Below are positions 28,769-42,039 of a DNA stretch of 64,000 bases, one piece after another. The stretch is taken from assembly GCF_009914755.1 (NCBI RefSeq), contig NC_060937.1. One strand, given 5' to 3'. The notes under the pieces were generated by a model, which was not told where the DNA came from, ran no database searches, and saw only the letters and a list, made by a program, of their open reading frames with translations. The DNA is from the human T2T-CHM13v2.0 reference genome, Homo sapiens. The position numbers were made by a program, and so were the translations under genes. Position 1 is the stretch's first letter, and each line of letters starts with the position of its first letter.

Positions 28769-29130
28769 TGATATGGTTTTGTTGTGTCCCCACCCAAAAT
28801 CTCATCTTGAATTGTAATCCCATAATCCCCACAGGTCAAGGGCAGGACCAGGTGGAGATAATCAGATCATAAGGGCAGTTTCCCCCATTCTATTCTTGTG
28901 ATAGTGAGTGAGTCTCATGAGATCTTATGGTTTTATAAGCATCTGGTGTTTCCCCTGCTTGCACTCATTCTCTCTCCTGCTGCCCTGTGAAGAGGTGCCT
29001 TCTGCCATGATTGTAAGTTTCTGGAGTCCTCCCCAGCCCTGCAAAACTGTAAATCAATTAAACCTCTTTTCTTTATAAATTACTCAATCTCAAGTATTTC
29101 TTCATAGCAGCATGAGGATGGACTAATACA
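28769..29130 (+). mobile_element. THE1 (C/D-like) solo LTR nested in L1 ORF2
   Basis: tgatatggtt...ctaataca with exact TSD GGAAC. Confidence 0.92.
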
Positions 29131-30311
29131 GGAACAAAACGAGGATGCCCACTCTCACCACATCTATTCAGCATAGTATGGGAAGTCATAGGGAAATTAG
29201 TCAAGAGAAAGAAAGAAAAGGTATCCAAATCAGAAAGAAAGAAGTTAAATTGTCTCTCTTTGTAGACCACATGATCTTATATATAGAAAACCCTAAAGAC
29301 TCCACCAAAAAACAGAATAAATTTAGTAAAGTTTCATAATACAAAATCAACATTAAAAAATCAGTAGCATTTCTATTTACTAACAATAAACTCTCTGAAA
29401 AAGAAACCAAGAAAACAATCCCATTTACAATAACTATTTATAATAGCTACCAAAAAAACTAAATATTTAGGAATAAAATCAATCAAGGAAGTGAAAGATC
29501 TGTACACTGAAAACTATAAAACACTGATGAAAGAAATTAAAGAAGACACAAATAAACAGAATGATATCCTGTGTTCATGGATTGGAAAAATATTGTTAGA
29601 ATGTTTATACTACCCAAAGAAATCTACAGATTCAATGTAATCCCTATCAAAAACCTGATATGTTTCATATGGACAAAATAATCCTACAACTTGTATGAAA
29701 CCACAAAAGACAATAAATAGCCAAAGCAATCTTGAGCAAAAAGAACAAAGCCAGAACCATCACATTATCTGATTTCAAAATCTACTACAAAGCTCTAATA
29801 ATCAAAACAGCATGGTGCTGGCATAAAAACAGATGCATAGACCAATGGGACTGAATAGATAGTTCAGAATTGCATAAACCCATGCATTTAGAATCCATTG
29901 ATTTTTTTATAAACATGCCAAGAACACACAATGGAGAAAGGAAAATCTCTTTAATAAATGCTACTGGGAAAACCAGATATCCACATGCAGAAAAATGAAA
30001 TTAAACCCTTAGCTTACCCCAAGTACAAAAAGCAACTCAAAATGGATTAAACATGCAAATATAAGACCTGAAACTCGAAAATGACTGGAAGAAATATAGG
30101 GGAGAAGCTCCTCAACATTAGTCTGAACAATAATTTTTTTCTACATGACCCCAAAAACACAGGCAACAAAAGCAAAAATAGACAAATAGAATTACATCTA
30201 ATAAACTTCTGCACAACCAGGGACACAAACAACAGAATGAACAGAAACCCTACAGAATGGGAGAAAATACTTGTTAACTATATACCTAAAATTGGTATTA
30301 ATATCCAAATA

Positions 30312-30661
30312 CAAAGGGTCCCCAACTTATGATAGCTTGACTTACCATTGTTCAGCTTTACAATGGTGTGAAAGCAATAGGCATTCAGTAAAAAAAATAC
30401 TTCTAGTACCCTTACAATCATTCTATTTTTCACTTTCGGTACAGTATTCAATAATTTATGAGATATTCCATATGTTATTATAAAATAGGCTTTGTGTTAG
30501 ATGACTTTGCCCAACTGTAAGCTAATGTAAGTGTTCTGAGCATGTTTAAGGTAGGCTAGGCTAAGCCATGGTGTTTGGTAGGTTAGGTGCATTAAATGTA
30601 TTTTCAACTTAGGAGCCAGTGGGTTTACTGGGACATAACTCCATTTAAGTCAAGGAGCATG
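30312..30661 (-). mobile_element. MER47A-like Tigger MITE nested in L1
   Basis: ggtccccaacttatgat...taagtcaaggagcat termini, TA flanks, gtaggctaggctaagc core. Confidence 0.8.
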
Positions 30662-31503
30662 TATGTGTAAGGAACTCAAACAATTTAATAGCAAACAAAC
30701 AAATACCATGATTGAAAAACGGGCAAAGAACCTGAATAGGCATTTCTCAAAAGAAGACATACAAGCAGCCAACACACACGTGAAAAAATGCTCAACATCT
30801 CTAATTATCAGAGAAATGCAAATTAAAATTACAATGAGATACCATCTCACACTTGCTAGAATGGCTTTATCAAAAGAGGAAAGATAAGTGTTGGTCAGGA
30901 TGTGGAGAAAAAAGAACACTTGTACATTATTGATGGAAATGTAAATTCTTATAGCCTTTAAGGAAAAGATTATTGGAAGTCCTCCAAAAATTAATAAAAG
31001 AGCTACATTATGATCCAGCAATCTTACTACCAGGTACATATTCAAAGAGATGAAACCAGTATATCAAAGAGATAGTTGTACTCTCATGCTCACTGCAGAA
31101 TTAGTTACAATAGCCAAGATACGGAATCAACCTAAATGTCCATCAACAAAAAAATAGATAAAGAAAATACGGCTTATATACAAAATGGAATACTATTCAG
31201 CACACACACAAAAAAGGAAATCCTAACATTTGTGACAGGATTTTGGATGAACCCAGAGGACATTATGTTAAATGAAGTAAGCCAGAAAGACAATTACCAT
31301 ATGATCTCCACTTATGTGTGGAATCTTAAAGGTCAAACTCACAGAAGCAGAGAGTAAAATGGTGGTTACCAGAAGTGGGGGTTTGGGGGATTAGGGAGAT
31401 ATTGGTCAAAGGATAACAAATTTCAGTTAAACAAGAGAAATAAGTACAACATTGTGACAAGAGTTAATAGCAATGCACTGTATGCTTCAAAAATGCTCAG
31501 AGA

Positions 31504-31837
<334 letters not shown>

Positions 31838-32159
31838 AAAAATGCCCAGAGAGCAGATTTTTTTAAGTATTATCACCACAAATAAATATGTGAAGTAATT
31901 ATTAGCTTGATTTCGCCATTCCACAATGTATACAGATTTCAAAACATCATATGGTGCACCAAAAATGTGTAATATTTTTATTTGTAAATCAAAAAAATAA
32001 ATATTTGGATACAGGGGGGAACTAATTAGTATTTTTTTAAAATGAATAAATCCATTATATTCCTAGCTGCAGGATTATGTGCTGTGTGTACATGGGAGCA
32101 AGAGGAGTTAATATGGGATTTTTTTTCTTTGTTTTTTATCTTGCCTCGAATGTAGTTGT

Positions 32160-32425
32160 GTGAGATCATGGTTCCTGGTTGCAGCCATCTTGTCACCCGA
32201 GGCAACAAGCATTAGGAAAGCAATGCATCTTGCTGAGTATGGCAGGGCAGGAGGGCATGAACAGCCTGGGTCTTTAATAATGTTACTGAACTGCTGCACC
32301 TGACCTGAAATCACCTATACCAGAATTCTTTATATGTAAGATAATGATGTTCCTAGTGCTTATGTTACAAGGTTCAAGCTTGAACATTGGATATTCTCTA
32401 ACTTGTTTCTGAATAAACCCTCTCA
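32160..32425 (+). mobile_element. Old MLT1 (I/J-like) LTR fragment
   Basis: gcagccatcttgtcacccgagg...agcctgggtctttaataatgttactgaactgctg. Confidence 0.6.
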
Positions 32426-32484
32426 AGCTCTTAAGTACCGTACATTATTTATTAGAATTTTAAAACACTTAAAAATTTAATTTT

Positions 32485-32758
32485 TTTAAGAAAACATATC
32501 TATAGTAAAAGCATAAAAATACACATGAAAGGGATGCATAATTATTTTGAAATAGTGGCTCCTCTAGGTGGAGGGAAATTACATCAGGGAGAAGTACAAA
32601 AGGAGACTTCATCTGTATCTATAATGTATAATTTATTTCCTTTTTTAAAATCTTGAAGTAAATATACCATCTGTCAAAATCTGTCAAGGATGGATAGGGC
32701 ACTTACATTCTTTCTCCCTTTTCTCTGTGTTTGAAATGCTTCAAGATAATAAAATACA
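32485..32758 (+). mobile_element. L1ME-type 3'UTR fragment
   Basis: aatagtggctcctctaggtggaggg...tgtttgaaatgcttcaagataat. Confidence 0.55.
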
Positions 32759-33415
32759 ATTTTTTTTTTCAGAGCAAAAGATGACAAGATACTTTCCCAA
32801 AGTCAGGACCTTTCTATACTCTCATGGCAGAGAGGTGTCTACCCCCTCACCCATCCCCCTCACCACCCCTCCCTCTTCCTCTCTGTCTGGGTCTTGAGAA
32901 GAAGGACAAGGGTAGACTGTAACTAGAGTCATATAGTGATGTTGCTGGAAAGCAGGCAGCCTGCATTCTAAGGACCACATCGAAGAGAGAATCTTGGAGC
33001 AATCTATAATCCTTCCCTTTAGCTGAAGTGCTAGGAGCCACAAATTCTCTTTCTCCCTGGACCACCATTCACCTAACAGGCCTCTAAATGCTTGATTTAA
33101 CTATGCAAAAACACTACTAATTATATTCATTTATGTGACTGACTTACCATTTTAATCTAATTGCCATGCAGCAAAATAACTGTTAAAGCATATCATTAAA
33201 CTACTTTAATAATTATAGAGAGGTTTGCTTGTCCTCCTAGTTCAATCCTAAGCTCTAGGGCAGGAACCTCACCCCCTACCTTTTGTACATTCTTAAATTA
33301 GCTGGGAAGGAGAGTGTGGAAATACTGGCAGACTAGCCATCTTATCAGAATCCTGGGTCTGCTGAACAGCTGAGATTTCTAGCAACAGCTCCATAACCTT
33401 GCTTGGGTATTTTCA

Positions 33416-33711
33416 CTATTTTAGTGAGTTCAGGCTGCTATAACAAATTACCATAGACTGAGTGGCTTAAACAAGAAAATGTGTCTCTCATAGTTTCGAA
33501 GCCTGGGAGGGCTGACTTCTCCTTGTAAACTCACATGGCAGAAAGAGATCCAACTAGCTCTCTGGGCTCTTCATATAATAGCACTAATCCTATTTATGAG
33601 GACACCACCCTCATGACCTAATTACCTCCCGAAGGCCCCACCTCTGAATGCCGTCACATTGGGGATTAGATTTCAACATATGAATTCTGGGGGGCACATT
33701 CTATCTGTAAC
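33416..33711 (-). mobile_element. MLT1A-like MaLR LTR with an internal deletion
   Basis: caggctgctataacaaattaccatagactgagtggcttaaac...catgacctaattacctcccgaaggccccacctc. Confidence 0.8.
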
Positions 33712-34043
33712 TTTCAGCATGCATTCTGCTCACAGTCCAGAACATTCAACATACACTGTCCACACCGTGAGCATTTCTCCTCTACTTCATTCCACTTCTT
33801 TCCTCAGGGACTTCCTTTCACACTACTCACATCTGCCACACCAGATCCAACTTTTCCCATTCAACCAATGTCCTCTGAAAACTACCTTATATCCACCTCA
33901 TCTTTATTCTTTCTACCCACCCATGGCTCTCCCTCAGGACCTGCCTTCTGTCCCTTTGAGATCACAATTCAGTTGGGGGTCATTATCTAACCTCATTTCT
34001 CATCTTGCTCCTCATTTTTGTTTCTTCAAGAGCTTGACCCCTT

Positions 34044-34170
34044 GGCCAGATGTGATTGCCCATGTCTATAGCCTAAGCACTTTGAAGACTGAGGCAGGAG
34101 GAGCCCCAGGAGTTGGAGACCAGCCTCGGCAAGATAGCAAGATTCCACCTCTACAAAAACATTAAATAAT
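34044..34170 (+). mobile_element. FLAM / Alu left monomer
   Basis: ggccagatgtgattgcccatgtctatagcc...ggagttggagaccagcct...ctctacaaaaa. Confidence 0.75.
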
Positions 34171-34283
34171 TAATTAATTATTTAACTAAACTAACTTGAC
34201 TTCTTGAAGTCACAGTGTCTTTCAATGGCTTCTCTCATGAAGATCATTCTTCTCCCAATATCTGCCAGATCAAAGAGTGGGAA

Positions 34284-34403
34284 AGCCAGGTCCAGTGGTA
34301 CACACCTGTAGTTCCAGTTACTCAGGAGGCTGAGGCAGGAAGATTGCTTGAGTCAAGGAGTTTGAGTCTAGCCTGGGCAACACAGTGAGACCCCATCTCA
34401 AAT
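34284..34403 (+). mobile_element. FLAM monomer
   Basis: agccaggtccagtggtacacacctgtagt...ggagtttgagtctagcctgggcaacacagtgagaccccatctcaaa. Confidence 0.8.
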
Positions 34404-34444
34404 TAACTAACTAATTATATGTTTTAAAAATCAAGCAATTATCT

Positions 34445-34945
34445 TAAAATGATAGTGGTTTGAGAAGAGGATACACTGATCTGATCACTGTGTATTATAT
34501 GTATCAAACCATCACTACATACCTGATATGGTTTGGCTATGTGTCCCCACCCAAATCTCATCTCAAATTGTAATCCTCACGTGTCACAGGAGGGGCCTGG
34601 TGGGGGTTGATTTTATCATGGGGATGGTTTTCCGCATGCTGTTCTCATGATAATGAGTTCTTGTGAAATCTGATGGTTTAAAAATGTTTGACAGTTTCTC
34701 CTTTTGCTCTTTCTCCTGCCACCGTGTAAGATGTGCCTTGCTTCCCCTTTGCCTTCTGCCACGATTGTAAATTTCCTGAGGCCACCCCACCCATGTGGAA
34801 CTGTGAATCAATTAAACCTCTGTTGTTTATAAATTACCCAGCCTCAGGTAGTTCTTTCTTTATAGCAGTGTGAAAACAGACTAATACAGTACCCCATGAA
34901 TATGTACAATTACTTGTCAATTTTTTAAAATAATTTTAAAAAAAA
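34445..34945 (+). mobile_element. Short L1MA4-like 3' end, split by THE1
   Basis: ctgatctgatcactgtgtattatatgtatc...ccccatgaatatgtacaatta, then an A-rich tail. Confidence 0.7.
34524..34888 (+). mobile_element. THE1D-like solo LTR
   Basis: tgatatggtttgg...ctaataca; TSD atacc / gtacc. Confidence 0.9.
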
Positions 34946-35224
34946 GAGTGGTGCAGTAGAGGAAGAGGGAGCAGCCTTCTCATTTACTAAGGTCACTTCT
35001 GCAACTACATCATAGAGCCACGCTCTCTTCTTAATTCTAATGGGTTAACGTCAATTTGTCTGTTCTAAAATTTTAAGTCACAGTGGGTATTGGTTGCCAT
35101 TTCCCCCTTGGCCCATACATCAGATCTGTTTCCTCTGTTCTCCTAAGCTTCTGATTCACATTCTTCCTCTACACTCTATCATCTGGTTTTATACTTAAAA
35201 AGTCACCATCCTTAGACTCCTTGA

Positions 35225-35545
35225 CATTTTGAAACTCCTGAATGCCAGATGTTATGTGAAACTCTGGAGAAATAGTAGCAAGCAAGACTCACATGCCTCC
35301 TGCCCTCACAGAGCTCCATGATCTGGTGAAAGTGCCAGATATTTAAACCCATGGATGTGTGCACACAAAATAACAATTCTCTCAAGCGTTGTGAAGAAAA
35401 GTCACAGAGCACTACAAAAGCATGTAAGAGTGAGGCAAAACCTATTGTGTTAGGACAGGGAAGGCTTCTGTGAGCTAACCTGAAGGATGAGTAGGGGTGA
35501 GCCAGATGAAAAGGCGAGAGAAAAACATTCTGAGCAGAGACTGCC
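35225..35545 (-). mobile_element. L2 fragment
   Basis: ctcctgccctcacagagctccatgatctggtg...gaaggcttctgtgagctaacctgaaggatgagtagggg. Confidence 0.6.
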
Positions 35546-36096
35546 ACTGAGTGCATCCCAGTTTTCCCAACATCTTAACACTGTATAATGACTACACTGG
35601 ATTTTCTTCATCCTGGATCCATGGTTAGACATGTTAATATGCCTTCTTTAGCAACCCAGTTTCCCTTACCTTTTTCCAAACCCACCTGCTCATTCTTAAT
35701 CATACATTCTAGCTCACTGACACAATTCATTCTGTTATCTCTTGTTCCTAGAATAACTGAACAATACAAAATTGTCATTTTTGTAGGTCAAGGGTTAGCA
35801 AATATCACAAATTTCAGAAATAACAGATATTTTGTATGGTTTAAACTAATATTTTATTGATAAACTTATAAGATAGTTGACCATCAGTATCATCACTTCT
35901 AGCTACACTATCTCCCTTTAAATTTGTATTGTAACCTTACACTGAGTGCATACCCATCTTGGTCATTAAGAGTTCCAGGTAAAAAATGTTTGTAACCAAA
36001 AATGGTCACCCATATTACTTCATAACCAGTAAATGCTTTTTTATCTTTAACCTATCCCCTTCTATTGACCCTCAAAAAAATTTATATATCAATTTA

Positions 36097-36108
36097 TTTA
36101 TATATGTT

Positions 36109-36140
<32 letters not shown>
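36097..36140. repeat. (TA)n microsatellite with a short (TG)n
   Basis: About 13 consecutive TA units. Confidence 0.95.
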
Positions 36141-36314
36141 AACAAACTGTTTCCTTCTCCTCTGTAGAATAGCACTACAGATAATGATAAACCATTATTC
36201 AGTCATTTTTCCGTGTCACCCTTCTTAATACAGCTACTCTGAGATGGCTCCACGAATAGTACACTTGTGGCTTCTGCACAAAATGTGCAAAGAGTATACG
36301 AGGTAATACAATTT

Positions 36315-36500
36315 ACATAAGGTTTTCACATACTTTATTGCACTTAACACATTATCCCATGAGTTATGTAACACATAATGTTGTCTCCAATTCACAGATG
36401 GAAAACCCGAGTCTCAGAAATGACAAGGGATTATTATATAGGCAATTGAGAACTGTAAAGTCAACCTAAGGCTCACTTTCAATTCTAATTGTATGATCTT
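36315..36500 (-). mobile_element. MIR fragment
   Basis: ccaattcacagatggaaaacccgagtctcagaaatgacaaggg. Confidence 0.6.
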
Positions 36501-37729
36501 TCTATGTCATCTCACCTTCTCTTGGTTTATGTCTTTCAAGGAGATGGGAGGGGCAATTGAAGCAAGTCAGCACACCTTATGAAAGCAAATTCTTTGGCTT
36601 TCTTGAATAAGATAGGTAGATTAGGTATGCTAGAATAGACTAGGTAAGCTAGGGCTACTCAGAGCCTCTAGGCATTACACTTGTCCACTGTTACCAGCTG
36701 TCATTACCGTTGCCCTGACTCCGTGCTCTATTGGTCAACCTCTTACTGTTCTCCATATCCTCCAATGACTTCTTAACTCTTGGGGGAGTGGGAAGGGAGA
36801 AACTTGGAAATGATATTGATAAGGCTTACACCCAAATACAGAAGAAAGTGATTGGAGAAAGAACAATATGGAGGGGAGGTGAAGAGCACAGTGCAACAGC
36901 CAACGGCACACACACTATTTGTGTTCTCTGCTAGGATTTTACCCTCTTACCTCTCCCCCTCCTCTCAGATGTTAAAAAAAAGCTCTCTTGCATATATCTC
37001 CCTTTAAAAACATCAGATGCTTCTGAAACAAACAGCTGTATAGCCTGATAATTTCAAAGTCACATGTAAGGAGAAAGGATTGCCATGTCTTCCCTCACAC
37101 GAATTGGGTCCCCTTATTATGCGTTCAACAGCCCTCCATACTTGCTCTCCATTTTCAGAGGCCTGGAGCATGCTATATCTTTGAGAAAGGGAAGAGAACA
37201 AATGCTTAATTAAACAGCTATTATGTGCCAGGTATTGTGCTAGGAATTTTACATAATGATATTTTCTTTGGAAAGTAAAAATAAGGAAGAGGAAGACGAG
37301 AAGGAGGAGAAGGCAGGGCTCCAGCTGGTGGTATCTGTTCCATCAGGGAAAAAGGAAGGGGAGAATTTGTGTTTTGATTTTTCATTTGTCCAAATACTAT
37401 GTAGGGATATGATTTTCTAAAGACAAATATAGTGACCAGGTGGAACAAGGGACAAATTTGGGCAGCTCTCTGAGCTGAAGAAAATACCTGTAAATTTGCC
37501 ACCTCCCTTTCACCCTCTCATTCCACCCTTTCTCCCCTCCCTACCTTAAGATGAAATGATCTGGGACAAACTAATTGAGAAAACTAGTAGTGCATGCCTT
37601 CGGGAGGTTTTATTAATGGAACCAGACACACTGCTATAACAGAATGTACGACTGCTCTTTTACATTGATCTAATTAGAACATTTACATACTGAATGCCTC
37701 CTGGACAATTCCCTACCAATGACACTTAC

Positions 37730-37797
37730 TGTGTGCACCAGGCAAGACTACTCTTTAGGTGAAATTGAACAAAGAAGTCATCAAGTCTCCTTTTTCT
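37730..37797 (-). other. Candidate spliced exon, 68 nt
   Basis: Acceptor tgttatttttcctag|A and donor ACA|gtaagt. Confidence 0.35.
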
Positions 37798-38099
37798 CTA
37801 GGAAAAATAACATTGTCAAGGTTATTAACAGTCAATAAGCTGTCATAGGCTCAGCATGGATGGGGATATTGGGTTTCCTTGTGCTTATATGAAAGATGGG
37901 AAAATCCGAAGTTCTTTTCACCCTGATATGGAAAATACCCAACATGAGGAGAAGCAGCAGCTATATGATTCTGAGCACAGAATGGGAGTAAGAATAGGGT
38001 CATGCTGTACTGATTATCTGCTAATAAAATGCAAAAGTGTTAGGTAATTTCATCAATATCCAGTTAATACTAATATAGTTAATATTTCATGACTGGGTA

Positions 38100-38262
38100 A
38101 TATTTTATAATGATAAATATTTTTATAGATCTTAGCTCTTTTTATTCTCATATCAACTGTATGAAATCAGTGATTGGTTTTACAGATGAGATATGGGAAA
38201 TGGAACACATGGCCAAAGTCACTCACGGCATTAGAGGTGGAACAGGGCCAGAAAAACTCCCA
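38100..38262 (-). mobile_element. MIR fragment
   Basis: ttttacagatgag...ggccaaagtcactcacggcattagaggtggaacaggg. Confidence 0.55.
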
Positions 38263-41200
38263 GTTCAAGCTCTCTTTCATATATATATATGTGGAAAAAA
38301 TATTTTCCATGTTTGATGTCTCCACCATTTTTAACACATTCCTCCTAGGAACCCGGCCACTCACCCTCTTCCCCCCACCAAAAAACAAACAAACAATTTT
38401 TTGTAATGTTCTTCATTATCTGAGCTTCCATGAGGTGGGAGATGGAATCTTTGTATAAATTTAGTACAACATAGTATTTACAACACATTGATTGGTGGTT
38501 CATAATAGGGGTTATCTGGAAAGGGACCCAAAGAAAAAACACAAATTTTTTCAGAACCCCCCATCTCAAAGGGAAATTAAATTAAAAGCCACTATTTAGA
38601 TACTATCCTGAAGGGAACTGCTTCTATGTCCCAGTTTTAGACAAGATTTCAAGGTTCTATAAAGTTCAGAAATATGGTGATATGAGTAAAAATAGATACT
38701 TGCATAAACTAATACATGCAATGCTAAAAAGGGAAAATAATTATACATTTCTTTGCCTTCTCTCTACATTCTGTTTTATTCTCTTCTTTAGTCCTCATCT
38801 CTATTCACAAAAGATAGGAAGCTAACCCACTTAGAATGCGATTAAGTTAAAATTTTTCATAAAATGATTGAAGCACAACCTCATATCCCTAAACTAAAGA
38901 AATATCAAGCATCTTCTCTGAAAAAAAAAAAAAAAACCCAGCTCACATTCAAAAGAGAGATCACAAGAAAGATATTTCCCTAGTCAAAAGGCATTAGTAT
39001 GCAAAATATATTAAGTACTGGAATCACATTAAAGAGATGGAAGACCTGATCAAAACAAGGCCATTTATATTGTTGACCAACAGCTGAACGAACATTGTTT
39101 CTGACCATGATGAGCTTTTTATGGATAGTCAATGCTCACAATGTTGGAGAAACAGATCGTTCAGACACAAGCCAGACATTTACAGAGAAGTCATTCATCC
39201 CAGATGCTCTTATTTTCCTATTGAAAATTTTTCACCAGTAGCTCAATAATTATGCTGTTGCATATACTCTGCAAGCTAGACATATGCGTTTCTTTATGAG
39301 ACCTTGAGGCCTTGTCTGGGCAGCACATTCAGTTGGCTTCTAGCCTAATGACCTAGTTGTAGAGACTCCATTCCACTCGTCTCTCCAGCTTTGTTCAGGC
39401 TCAAGGAAGTGCAGCTCCTCCTACTTTCAACCCACAGAGAACCAACAACCATAGAGATGATTAAATTTTCTGTACGATTACATATGTTTATCACATTACA
39501 ACTCAAATATGCAGGGAAAATGTGACTCCTTTATAACCTACTTCATACTCTTCATGAAGGCTCCAATCAATTAAGTAATGGAGGGAAAATTAAATTTAAT
39601 ATGGATTAAATGTAATCTGAGCCAATAATTGAAAATGGCTCTGTCTCTTAGTTTAAATCAGCCTTTGGAAGATGTTGTTAGATTTTTTCCATGCCTCCTT
39701 TGTGGCAGTCCTAAAACAGTGCCCTGGTATATGAGAGGTTTATCAAACTTCATGATACTGGTATTAATGGGATTTCTTGGACTTGCACTAGTTCTTGGAC
39801 ATGCAATCGCTCTCTGGAATCTTCTGTGTAATGGCTGGCTCATTCCCCTATAGGGCCATACTGTTATACTCCACAGCTAATACCTGTAGTTGATGAGCTA
39901 GTGTTAGATTTTTTCTGGGGTTGGTCATTGCTTGTTAGCCCATCCTATGGACTTGATCTCTGCTCCACGCCCCTATTATTGTTGGTGCCACAGATCCCTT
40001 TGAGTCTCTGCCACATTCTCTATCCCTCTCCTGTCCTCCATTGTCCTTCTCAGTCACTGACATGTCAAGCTCCAGGGTTGTCCACCAACCCTCGTCTTAT
40101 TAATGTCGCATCATAACAAACAAAGACCCTGGAGTAAAAACCAAAATTTCTATCTGCCTGAGCCCTCTACTCTGCTGCCTTACAATGTATGGGCTGCCCC
40201 ATATTGGTGCAAGGGCACCATGCCCAGTATTTTTGCATAGTTCAAAAAAAAGCAGTAGAACACAAGCCCCTCTACTCTATTTACATCTGAATCTGGCTAA
40301 CTCACCTCCTCTCCATTCAGATCCTTCAGACCTCAAAGAAAGAATGTTAAAAGACACAATTCTGATAATTTTCCTCCACTAGCCCGCTCATCATCTTCCT
40401 ACTAGTCCACATATCTGAAGGATAGGGGAGTGGGGTGAGGGAGGGGATCTACTTTATCTACCTAACTGAATAGAACATTCCCTTATGTCACATGTTTCTC
40501 TCTTCCAAAATGATTTCCTCTTTTAGTGGACAAAGTACTAATAAGGGAAACTGATTAATTATTAAGGACAAATAAGAAATTTTATAAAATATACTTCTTG
40601 CACAGATTTAGGAGAAATTTCAGAGGCAGAAAAAAAAAAAAAGAAAAGTTCTTTCGGAGCCAGCGTTTGACCAAAGGCCATTTGCTTTGTCTTGGAACCT
40701 TACTAAACTGCCCCATTTTACAATTGTGTCCTAAGTCTTATTATGCAAGACTGCAACAGCATGTTTTATTTTCTCTCCTATTTATTTACTCTCCTAATTA
40801 TCTATACCCCTCTGCTATAAGCAATTTCTAGATATTAGGCTCAGTGTGAGCTGGTAGAATATCCTATTTTCACAACCTGTTTATTCTAGAAATTGTTTTC
40901 AAAGTTTCAAGGACAAAGTGAATACATTTCTTTTTTATAGTTCTCTTTAGTCTTTGGTGTTTGTTTGTTGTTCTGTATTTCACTTGGATAGACTAAGACC
41001 TTCATAATGTTGGGAGAGGCAGGAGACTATACAGATTCATTTTGGCTCTGTATAGTCTTTGGTTACTACTACTAACATTCTTACCAAAAGAAGAAATTGA
41101 CTTAAGTATTTAGCCAACTTTAATAAAACTCCTAAAGTTTAAGTAGTCAATTTTAAATGCTTTCATTGAACAAATTTCCTCTTTTATCTTTCAACTGGAC

Positions 41201-41318
41201 TTTTCCCCCAAACAAAAGCAGAATTTATAAACATTTTTTATTTTTACAAGAAAGAATAAGTGATCTCCTTCTCAATGTTCCACTCCAGGGCCCAGTAGCC
41301 AGAATCAAACTATCCTTG

Positions 41319-41693
41319 TGATATGGTTTGGCTGTGTCCTCACCCAAATCTCATCTGTAATTGTAGTTCCCATAATCCTCACATGTCTTTGGGGGAATCC
41401 TGTGGGAGGTAATTGAATCATGAGAGCGGTTACTCCCATGTTGCTGTTCTTGTGAAAGTGAGCTCTCACAAGATCTCCTGGTTTTATAAGGGACTTTTCC
41501 CCCTTTTGGTTGGCACTTCTCCTTGCTGCTGCCACGTGAAGAAGGATGTGTTTGCCTCCCCTTCCGCCATGATTGTAAGTTTTCTGAGGCTTCCCCAGCC
41601 ATGCCGAACTGTGAGTCAATTAAACCTCTTTCCTTTATAAATTACCCAGTCTCAAGTATATCTTTATTAGCAGCATGAGATTGGACTAATATA
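41319..41693 (+). mobile_element. THE1C-like solo LTR
   Basis: tgatatggtttggctgtgtcc...ggactaatata; TSD ccttg / ccttt. Confidence 0.92.
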
Positions 41694-41718
41694 CCTTTTC
41701 CCTCAAGAAGAAAGTTCA

Positions 41719-42039
<321 letters not shown>

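Noticed and set aside
33659-34165. Longest ORF in the window (168 aa)
   Set aside because: Starts at a non-ATG codon in MLT1A, runs through pyrimidine-rich sequence and ends in a FLAM; no protein-like homology.
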